NCBI GenBank assembly: GCA_002633005.1
Contig: NMRA01001260.1
Coordinates: 1-33,252, forward strand
Direction of reading: 5' to 3'
DNA length: 33,252 nucleotides
Source: Phoronis australis
Taxonomy: Eukaryota; Animalia; Phoronida
Numbering within the stretch: the stretch's first letter is position 1; each line of letters starts with the position of its first letter. The notes under the pieces were generated by a model. That model was not told the DNA's origin. It searched no databases and worked only from the letters and a program-made list of their open reading frames with translations. Shown in pieces: positions 11,159 through 19,777 of the stretch. The position numbers were made by a program, and so were the translations under genes.

Positions 11159-13047
11159 GTAACGTCACACGGATGCCGCGCGATTTGCCACAAGCCACGA
11201 GAGTTAATGTAACGTTAGCCAAATGGATGAAGGTTACGAACGTTGAGTTACGGGGTGGGATGGGGTGGGTGTGCCACTTGTGGTGTAGACGGGGTGGGGG
11301 GAAAAGGCGGTGATAGCTAAGCCACTGGACAGACTACTGTCATTTCAGGTGTTTAGGGTACAGACACTTTCTGCTTAAGTAAAACCCGGCACCACATTCG
11401 CTTCGGTGAACATCACATATAATTAGACCCCGCGACTGGTCTTGCTCAGTCACAAGTTTACCTAATCTGACTTGGATGACCTCACCCTCTGGCACTGGCC
11501 TTGATTTATGAGGTGCTTTAGAGCATGTCGAATATTCTGAAGTGCCTTCAGCAAGACTCACTAAAGCCACAAAGCTTTCGTGATCGCACTTTTTGTTGAA
11601 AACTTTATAAACGAACAGGAAGGGCGTTCTTTCCCCATTTTGTCTTAATCACATTATACGCTCTACAAGTCTTAACGAATTACAATACTTACAAGTTCAA
11701 AAATCAAAGTTGTTTATTTCAATTTAAAAACCCTAAAGAGTGTTTGAAATAATCTGTTATTGGAAACAACCCTAAACTTAAACCTAATCCTAAGAAAAAA
11801 ACAAATAATTTTATGTACATGTACACGATTTTATACATCCTCAACCTAATGTCGACCAATCCCCTGGGTAATGGTCATCGGATCCATTTTTTGTTAAGTA
11901 TTGGATGTGACCCTAATTACACTAAGGATCCCTATACTCACTAAGCTCATAAGATTCCACTGATTATTGACACAACGATACGTGTAAATTTCGAGTGACA
12001 TTTTTATACATTCTGTTAAGGTTTGGATTCATGATTTGTGTTTAAGTACCTCCATGTAAACATGGACAACGCGCATGAAATGTATTGCTGATTTTTGTAA
12101 TTTGCAGATAAAGTTATGAATCATTAAATGACATCAACTCACAAAATATCTATACGGAGTTGTCACTGATACCCGAGGTTTGCGTGACTGTCTGAACTCG
12201 TCGTTTCGCATTCAGCCGATGGTGTTATCAACGAATTGTTATCGTCTAAATTATTCATAAAATGCCTGCAGAAAGTAACCCTGTCCTATAAATATAAACC
12301 GACATCTTGTCAAATGACTCTGCAATCGCATTCCGGCCAAAAATCATGCTGTCCGACTTACTGCACCGACGACATCTCCCAAAAATAACTAAAATTTATT
12401 GGTTTCTACAACGTAAACCACGTAAAGTCCCTAGCACTAAACTTCATCAAAGTGTGGTTGCACCCATTGTTTGCTGCTGGAGAGTTCAAAAGTGTTCAGA
12501 TTAACCAGAGTCTACAGCACGGAAATAACTTTTAAAAGACTACAGTGTTCATAACATTGTCATAGGCCTACTAAACTGACGATTAGCATCCAGATGTCTT
12601 TTTAAGCAATAGCCACGGTTATAACGCGCCCATATTTTGAGAATCATTTAGGTGCCCATTATTCAGTTGAGAAAACTCGTTTGAAAACGCGACATGCTCA
12701 TATTTGACTATTACCACATTTAACACCAAAATATGTTGACAACACCCAGCAAAATCATACAGCATAAGAACATTTCTAAGTGACTGTAAAGTCTTTTGGG
12801 ACAAAACCTTGAATGAGTAAGAATTGTTACTCGTAAAATCTGGCTTTTATGTTGCAATGACATTTAAGGCAAAATGAATAACGAAAGCCGCATTTGCTCG
12901 TTTAGAGAATTTGCACCATAGAAGTGAGATCACAAAAGCTTTGTGGCTTTAGAACATCTGGGATTCTGGAAAGTACCACTTTAATCAAGGCCAGTGGCAG
13001 ATCATGTGCTCGTTCTAGCCGCAATAGAAACAATTGTGACTGAGCAG

Positions 13048-13367
13048 TATAGAATATTCACCTTTACCCAATAGAGGTCACTAGTCACGGACAGGAAGTG
13101 GATTCCACAACTAACGAGTCTCGCTAAATTAAAGCATTCTCTCTCTCTGGACATTGTATGGACATTTTTAGAGGTATAAGCTAGATATAAGATTTAAGTG
13201 TTTTAGCAGCATTTCCACTACGTTGCAGCGATTAATGCCTATTAATTTTACGTTCATTTTCCTCGCATTTTAGTGAAGGCTATCCTTCTCTTTGTTGTAG
13301 ATCGTCTTCATTCCAAGACGCACTGAATCGTTGAAATAAAGCTCGAAAAAGTTCAAATACTTATCTA
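13048..13367 (+). repeat. 5' LTR (TATAG...TCTA)
   Basis: Identical to 17121-17440 except 6 substitutions counted by eye; AATAAA at 13335-13340. Confidence 0.96.
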
Positions 13368-13379
13368 TGAAGACGATCT
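13368..13379 (+). promoter_or_regulatory. Atypical primer-binding-site position (TGAAGACGATCT), complementary to the element's own LTR
   Basis: Directly follows the 5' LTR and lacks TGG. 13367-13379 is the exact reverse complement of 13299-13311. Confidence 0.7.
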
Positions 13380-13394
13380 GTCTCATCAGACACC

Positions 13395-15578
13395 ATGCCA
13401 GCTATTCACTGCCCTATTGCCGGATGCACCTATGTGACGGACGACCTCGATGCCGCGATCGTCGCCGCCTTACTCACTACGCACGCCACAACACACACAC
13501 CAACAAAACCTATAGCCCCGGAAAAGCTGAGACGGCCAACCATACAGTCTTCCGGCACTAGTGAGGAATGGTCGTACTTTTTATCACGTTGGGGTGACTA
13601 TATAGAGGCAACTCAACTTCAAGGAAAAGACCGCATCATACAACTCCTTGAGTGCTGTGACGAGTCGCTACGAAAGGACTTGACACGCTCCGCAGGCACC
13701 TCCCTCACCGGCAGGACTGAGGCGGAGGTCCTGGCCGCTATGCGCATCCTGGCCGTGCGTGAGGAGAGCACGATGGTGGCCAGGGTTAACCTCAACAATA
13801 TGAGACAGGACAGAGACGAGACAGTACGATCTTTCGGCGCCCGCCTCAAAGGCCAGGCCAGTATTTGCAAACTCCACATACCCTGCCCGTCATGCCACAC
13901 TGACGTGTCATACACCGATGTCGTAATCAGAGATGTTCTCATAAGGGGTTTAGCCGACCCAGAGATTCAGCTGGATCTCCTCGGTGACAAAAACCAGGAC
14001 ATGTCTCTTGAGCAAGTGTTCCAGTTTGTCGAAGCCAAAGAATCTGGCAAACGGTCTGCCTCACGTCTACTAGACCCCCCAGTCGTCCAAACAGATGCCA
14101 CCAGCTTATACCGCCGCAACAAAAGAGATACGACATCCCACAAAAGCACAAATTGCACCTACTGTGGTCAAACAGGGCATGGTCGTAGTGCCCCTGCACA
14201 AGCCCGTCGACAGAACTGTCCCGCCTACGGGCACACCTGCCTGTCTTGCAACAGACCCCACCACTTCGAATCCGTATGTCGGAGTAAGGACAACCCCACA
14301 GGCAAGCCCCCTCCCAACAATGAGAGTGCAGTCTTTGACCAACTCTGTGGAGTGTTCTGCCACATGACAGGTAATACACAGTCACACACAACGATACAAC
14401 TCGACCATCACCTGTACGATAGTCTTAACGACACGTGGCGACGCCAAGCATCGAAACCGCAACCCACGGTACAACTCTCCGTTACCTTGGCTGACAACAG
14501 CGACTTCGAACAACTTGGCTTCCCCACTTCACACTGCACTAAGGCCACCCCAGTCGTTATACGCTGCCTGGCAGACACAGGCTGCCAGAGCTGCCTCGCC
14601 GGCCTCAACACGCTTCAACAACTAGGTCTCTCCCAGCGTGACCTACTCCCTGTCACCATGAAGATGCACGCGGCCAACAACGGCGACATTAACATCCTTG
14701 GTGCCACCCTACTCCACTTTTCTGGTCGCGGACCATCGCGGAAACCGATGCACACGAAAGCCATAGTGTACATAACTGACACAACCAGAAAAGTGTTCCT
14801 CAGCCGAGAGGTATGTACCAACCTTGGCATAATATCGCCGGACTTCCCCAAAATTGGTGAGTCCGTCACGATGACAGTCGCTCAGAACGGCATCATGTCC
14901 CCTGACCCTGAAACAAACGTGCAGGCTCCGCAGCAGCACACATGCCAATGCCGTAAGCGCGAGGCCCCACCACCAGTCCCGAAAGAGCTACCCTTCCCGG
15001 CCACAACAGAAAACCGCGAGAAACTCCAGCAATACATCTTAGACCTATACGGCTCCAGCACATTCAATACATGTGAACATCAACCCCTGCCCACCATGAC
15101 TGGGCCTCCAATGCACTTGAATGTTGATCCTACGGCAAAACCGGTTGCGTACCATACACCTATCCCCGTGCCTCTCCACTGGCGGGACGCCGTCAAAGCC
15201 GGGCTCGACCAAGATGTCCGTCTCAAGGTGATAGAGCCCGTGCCTGTTGGAGAACCAGTCACTTGGTGCCACAGAATGGTCATCTGCGCCAAAAAGAATG
15301 GAAAGCCACGCCGCACGGTTGATCTTCAGCCGCTGAACGCCCACGCAAGTCGCGAAACACACCATACGCAATCCCCATTCCTCCAAGCACGCTCAGTTCC
15401 TCCGGGCAAAAAGAAAACAATCTTTGACGCTTGGAACAGTTACCACTCCGTCCCAATACACACCGATGATCGTCATCTCACAACCTTCATTACCCCCTGG
15501 GGCCGCTACAGATACTGTAGGGCGCCACAAGGCTACATAGCGTCAGGAGACGCGTACACCCGCCGTTTGACGAGTTAG
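13395..15578 (+). CDS. gag-pol: Gag - aspartic protease - N-terminal RT polyprotein
   Basis: 727-aa ORF with capsid-like region (RQDRDETVRSFGARLK), two Zn knuckles CTYC..H..C and CLSCNRPHHFESVC (14154-14279), protease LADTGCQ (DTG at 14574-14582), and RT motifs KKNGKPRRTVDLQPLN, FDAWNSYH, TTFITPWGRYRY, APQG. Ends at a frameshift inside RT. Confidence 0.93.
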   Translation: MPAIHCPIAGCTYVTDDLDAAIVAALLTTHATTHTPTKPIAPEKLRRPTIQSSGTSEEWSYFLSRWGDYIEATQLQGKDRIIQLLECCDESLRKDLTRSAGTSLTGRTEAEVLAAMRILAVREESTMVARVNLNNMRQDRDETVRSFGARLKGQASICKLHIPCPSCHTDVSYTDVVIRDVLIRGLADPEIQLDLLGDKNQDMSLEQVFQFVEAKESGKRSASRLLDPPVVQTDATSLYRRNKRDTTSHKSTNCTYCGQTGHGRSAPAQARRQNCPAYGHTCLSCNRPHHFESVCRSKDNPTGKPPPNNESAVFDQLCGVFCHMTGNTQSHTTIQLDHHLYDSLNDTWRRQASKPQPTVQLSVTLADNSDFEQLGFPTSHCTKATPVVIRCLADTGCQSCLAGLNTLQQLGLSQRDLLPVTMKMHAANNGDINILGATLLHFSGRGPSRKPMHTKAIVYITDTTRKVFLSREVCTNLGIISPDFPKIGESVTMTVAQNGIMSPDPETNVQAPQQHTCQCRKREAPPPVPKELPFPATTENREKLQQYILDLYGSSTFNTCEHQPLPTMTGPPMHLNVDPTAKPVAYHTPIPVPLHWRDAVKAGLDQDVRLKVIEPVPVGEPVTWCHRMVICAKKNGKPRRTVDLQPLNAHASRETHHTQSPFLQARSVPPGKKKTIFDAWNSYHSVPIHTDDRHLTTFITPWGRYRYCRAPQGYIASGDAYTRRLTS

Positions 15579-16425
15579 TGAGTGACATACCCAACAAGAC
15601 TAAGTGTATTGACGATACCCCCCTGTGGGCTGACAACCTCGCCGAAAGCTTTTTCCAGGCTTGCCGCTGGCTTTACATCTGCGGTCGTAACGGTATCATT
15701 CTGAACCCCGAAAAATTTGTGTTTGGCTGCGATGAGGTAGATTTTGCGGGCTTTGAGATAACACACGATTCCGTACGCCCCAGCCGACACTTTTTAGACT
15801 CCATTCTGAAATTCCCAACACCCACCAATATAACAGACATGCGGTCGTGGTTCGGCCTCCTAAACCAAGTTTCATACGCCTTCAGCATGGCTGATAGAAT
15901 GCAACCTTTTCGCAGCCTCCTCAAGGCAGACGTGCCATTCACATGGAACGAGGAATTGGACCGGCTTTTTGACGAATCGAAGCAGATCATTGTCAACGAG
16001 ATCACACAAGGTGTGCAGATATATGACAAGACGCGTCCCACGTGCCTCGCAACAGATTGGTCGAAGCATGGCATCGGCTTCTGGCTCCTGCAGAAACATT
16101 GTCATTGCCACCCCATCAAGCCATTTTGTTGCAACGGTGGCTGGCGAGTAACTTTGGTCGGCAGCAGATTCACCCACCCTGCAGAATCTCGTTACGCACC
16201 CATCGAAGGGGAGGCTCTCGCCGTGGCAGACGCACTGGACAAAACCCGCTACTTTGTACTCGGCTGTGAGCAATTGCTGGTCGCCGTCGACCACAAACCA
16301 CTCTTAAAAGTTCTCTCCGATCGCAGCCTTGACGACCTACCCAACTCCAGACTGCGAAATCTTAAGGAGAAAACATTACGCTACCGTTTCACGGTGGTTC
16401 ACATCCCCGGGGTACGACACAGAGC
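15578..16425 (+). CDS. pol: Pol continuation: RT motif C (CIDD), RT thumb and RNase H
   Basis: KCIDDT, GIILNPEKF, FAGFEI, LATDWSKHGIG, AESRYAPIEGEALAV, VDHKPLL, RYRFTVVHIPG. Joins the upstream ORF if one T is restored at 15566-15568. Confidence 0.9.
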
Positions 16426-16426
16426 N

Positions 16427-17075
16427 CAGAGATTTCATCCCTATATCTCCCGGTCGATACAAACCTCATGAGACGTGGCGAGATACCCTATCGAAACGAG
16501 AACCTGCCCTGCGACACCGTCACCTGAGAACAAGCGAACGACTCATGGCACACACCAAGCGGCTCCCACCCCTTGTTGCTGGCGATTATGTCCGTTTGCA
16601 GAATCAAATGGGCTACCACCCTCGTCATTGGGACAAAACTGGACGCGTCATCGAAGTGCGCCAATTCGACCAGTATGTCGTCCGCATTCACGGATCTGGG
16701 AGAGTCACTTTACGGAACAGACAGTTTCTCCGGAAATATACGCCCGTCTATTCGCCTCTGCCCAGCCGATCTGTAGAGGATGATCTCCTTGACCGCCGGC
16801 CATTTAGTCTGCCCAAATCTTCAAGCACATATGACTCATCTCCAGCATTGTCCGCTGCGACACTCCCTCGAAAACCCTCACAAGTGGAGCCATCACCCGA
16901 CGTGCCACAGCCAGCACATGCCAGTGATGACCCTTCGTCAGCAGCTGACGATGACCCTTCGACGGCAGATGACCATGACCATAAAGATCCACAAGCACCG
17001 TGCCAGGGAGAACCATCGACGTCAGACCCAAATCCAAACCCTCCTGGCTCAGAGACTATGTATCCCCTTGAGTAG
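16427..17075 (+). CDS. pol: Integrase C-terminal region and low-complexity tail (HHCC and DDE core absent)
   Basis: After the N: RDFIPISPGRYKPH..W, then LPPLVAGDYVRLQ...WDKTGRVIEV...YVV...GRVTLRNRQFLRK, resembling a Gypsy (Mag-like) integrase C-terminus. The P/S/D-rich tail has a 24-bp tandem duplication at 16926-16973. Confidence 0.75.
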
Positions 17076-17111
17076 CCGATATTTTGTCAGTCATTCCTTA
17101 CTTAATGACCT

Positions 17112-17120
17112 GGGGGGAGA
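17112..17120 (+). promoter_or_regulatory. Polypurine tract
   Basis: GGGGGGAGA directly abuts the 3' LTR. Confidence 0.9.
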
Positions 17121-17440
17121 TATAGAATATTCACCTTTACCCAATAGAGGTCACTAGTCACGGAAAGGAAGTGGACTCCACAACTAACGAGTCTCGCTAA
17201 ATTAAAGCATTCTCTCTCTCTGGACATTGTATGGACATTTTTAGAGGTATAAGCTAGATATAAGATTTAAGTGTTTTAGCAGCATTTCCACTACGTTGCA
17301 GCGATTAATGCCTATTAATTTTACGTTCATTTTCCTCGCATTTTAGTGAAGGCTGTCCTTCCCTTTGTTGTAGATCGTCTTCATTCCAAGGCGCACTGAA
17401 TTGTTGAAATAAAGCTCGAAAAAGTTCAAATACTTATCTA
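17121..17440 (+). repeat. 3' LTR
   Basis: Direct repeat of 13048-13367; poly(A) signal AATAAA at 17408-17413. Confidence 0.96.
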
Positions 17441-17783
17441 AGCAGGACCAATCGTGGAGTCAAATCATATGCATGTTCACCGAAGGGAATTTGGTCTCGG
17501 TTTTCACTCAGACTGAAAGTGTCTGTACCCTAAAATCCAACGTCTTCCAGCGGTATTGACTTCAACATTGCACGGTGAATCGGTTTGGCTCAGTTTGGAC
17601 AGGCTCTGACTTGGTACCACCCGGAACCTTCGACTTCAAGAGCTACACGATCAATTGTGTCACAGTTGGAGTTAAAGGCACCAACGTGGCTTTCCCAGTA
17701 TTCGCTATACATGTATACATGTAATATATATTTTTGTAGTTAGTCGTAGTTTGTATTTGATATGATAGTAGACCTATTCAGTC

Positions 17784-17985
17784 TAGTGGCGTAGCCTGCG
17801 CCTCCTTGCCCCCCCTTCGACATCTCATTAAGTGGCGACCCCATCCCCGATTAGTAACTGTGTCATTTTTAATCCTTAAGTTAACAGATGCCTGGTGCCC
17901 TCCTTGAACAACACATGTGCGCTTAGCACCTCCCTTCAGCAGTCGCCCGGCAGCATCTCATCTGACTTCCCTTGCTACGGCACAG
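17784..17985. mobile_element. hAT-type MITE (~200 bp)
   Basis: Termini TAGTGGCGTAGC...GCTACGGCACAG (CAGTGGCGTAGC-type TIR). 8-bp TSD ATTCAGTC / AATCAGTC (7 of 8 match). Confidence 0.7.
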
Positions 17986-19069
17986 AATCAGTCACTTGGT
18001 ATAATTATTTGCTATGAGGTCCAGACAGTTGTGCTGAACTGTGTTTACCAAATGTACAGTATGTCATGAATTGGGTCATCAATAAAAATTTCTCTTTTGC
18101 AAATTAACTTCTCTTGACCTTGAATGTATACTTGTTCATGGTGTTCATGAACGTACTTTCAGAAATAATCACCGTTGGGGTTGCCGGCCGGACCGGTCTG
18201 CAGACTCGTAAGAACCTGTGGGGACATTAAAATATGAACGCAAAATTTCAATTAGTTTTGACAGAGTTGAATATTTTTCTGCACTGACGAGATGACCATA
18301 AGCCCCTTTAGGTGCCTCCCTTCTATGCCATTTTCTATTACAATGACGATAAAAACATGAGTAAGGCAGATTAGGTTGGTAGTCGCGTCAACGGTCACCA
18401 CATAAATAAACAGCGACGTCATCTATCATTTAGACGAAGCACGCAAGGCAGATACAATTTATCTTAATGGTTTTTGTAATAACCAATAATTACCAGTGTG
18501 CTTTTTGAGATAATTGTTATTGGTAGTGTTTTTATTTAGTTTTGCAAGCTAATTACACGTTCCAAGAGGCCCCCTATTGGTGGTGGAGGCAACCGAGAAC
18601 AGGAAAATACAACGAAGTGCAGTTGATGTAATGCTTCGTAAGCAAAACTACGTGAGAGGAGAGTTTTTAATTTAGATTATGAAGTGATAAGGAATGACTA
18701 AACAAATTACCATGAGGCCAGTTTTATGAAAAGCTGCAATGTGGCTGCTACAGAGTGCCAAAGATGGCCGAATATGGCTTCAATGAAAAAATGCAAATTA
18801 GCCCCTTTGCCATACAAAATCAAAACATACAAATTTGAAAATGAATTTTGAAAGTTGTGCCATCAAATTATTCAATCACATCTCTTTAAAACTGTATCGC
18901 TTATTCGTTAACAGCTAGCCAATTCAATGCATTTAAACATATATACTGTACTTCGGCCCCCAATTCTGTTGCAAAATGGAGGAAAATACATCGAGATTCT
19001 TAGAAATTGATATTTCCACATCTCACCAAACCAAACTCATGTGTAAAATGGGATTTTGGGTATAGACTC

Positions 19070-19777
19070 TGTCAGCATATAGACTGACACTAATTTGAGT
19101 TGTATTGTTTTGTTTTGTTGTTCTGTTTGATTGACATGACCCCTGACTTAAGTACAGTGATGATGTTATTTGTTTACTACAGAATACAATGGGACTTTTT
19201 GTAGTCAGAGTTCAGCAATGATGATGTAATTTGTTTACTACAATATAGCGTGGAACTTTCCAGAAGACTCTAGCATGACAGTGATTAATGCAGTCTGGAA
19301 TATTCTAGAGACTAGTATATGTTTGTGGAATAATTGGGTAGAGTCCAGAAAGTTCTGGCATGTGCTTGAATTGATGAAAAGTTCTAGAACATTGCATTAG
19401 TCTATAAATACACAAACACGGTCTTGTATTAGTTAGTTAAGAAAGGAGAAAAGCAGTATAGCAGTTAAAGAGTTACAGTGAAGAAAATCAGCAGTTATAT
19501 CGAGAGTTAACAGAGAGACAACAGAATATTGAATCAACGAGTGTAACAGGTGCTGAAAGTGTCTCAGAGGTTCACCGCAAGTCAAGGCTTAGCAGCACTG
19601 GCTGGAGCATAGAACAGACAATACGTCGGACGTTTTGTTTGAGTAGGCTTGTGAACTTACGGTCGAGATTATTAAAGGATTAACTCGTACCAGCCTTCAG
19701 TCTATCGTCGCACCGAAGGCTATTAGCACCAGTCAGTAACAACCTGCGTCCACCCACACATGGGGAAAAACGTGACA
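19070..19777 (+). mobile_element. Solo LTR (708 bp) of an unrelated LTR retrotransposon
   Basis: TGTCA...TGACA inverted ends, 5-bp flanks GACTC / GACAC (4 of 5 match), TATAAATA at 19403-19410, ATTAAA at ~19671, and an internal ~30-bp direct repeat TGATGATGT(T/A)ATTTGTTTACTACA. Confidence 0.75.
19253..19410 (+). promoter_or_regulatory. Cluster of heat-shock-element-like motifs upstream of a TATA box in the solo LTR
   Basis: GAActTTCcaGAA (19253-19265), GAAtaTTCtaGAG (19298-19310), GAAagTTC (19348-19355), TTCtaGAAcaTTG (19382-19394), then TATAAATA. Confidence 0.55.

Larger units (their letters stand above)
13048..17440 (+). mobile_element. Ty3/Gypsy LTR retrotransposon, recent insertion, near complete except integrase core missing at an N
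   Basis: Two 320-bp direct LTRs, 5-bp TSD AGCAG (13043-13047 and 17441-17445), PPT, and domain order Gag-PR-RT-RNaseH-IN. Confidence 0.96.
11356..17530. mobile_element. Non-autonomous DNA transposon with ~235-bp diverged TIRs, TA-flanked; right TIR split by the Gypsy insertion
   Basis: Left GGGTACAGACACTTTC...CTAAAGCCACAAAGCTTT (11356-~11592) is the reverse complement of 12921-13047 joined to 17446-17530 (ending GAAAGTGTCTGTACCC). TA lies outside each end. Confidence 0.8.

Noticed and set aside
15560-15580. Programmed gag-pol ribosomal frameshift
   Set aside because: It falls inside the RT domain rather than at the Gag/Pol boundary, and there is no X XXY YYZ slippery heptamer. A 1-bp loss explains it.
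13619-16294. Antisense ORFs within gag-pol
   Set aside because: Expected shadow ORFs of a GC-rich coding region; no recognisable motifs.
16329-16425. N-terminal part of the 248-aa ORF 16329-17075 as real protein
   Set aside because: It is an off-frame reading of the RNase H end, joined to the integrase tail only through the N.
16780-17157. env-like or extra third ORF in the Gypsy element
   Set aside because: Short alternative frame overlapping the integrase tail and running into the LTR; no signal peptide or TM segment.
17545-17710. Coding-looking GC-balanced segment after the TIR element
   Set aside because: No frame gives a recognisable domain and no consistent splice pair was found.
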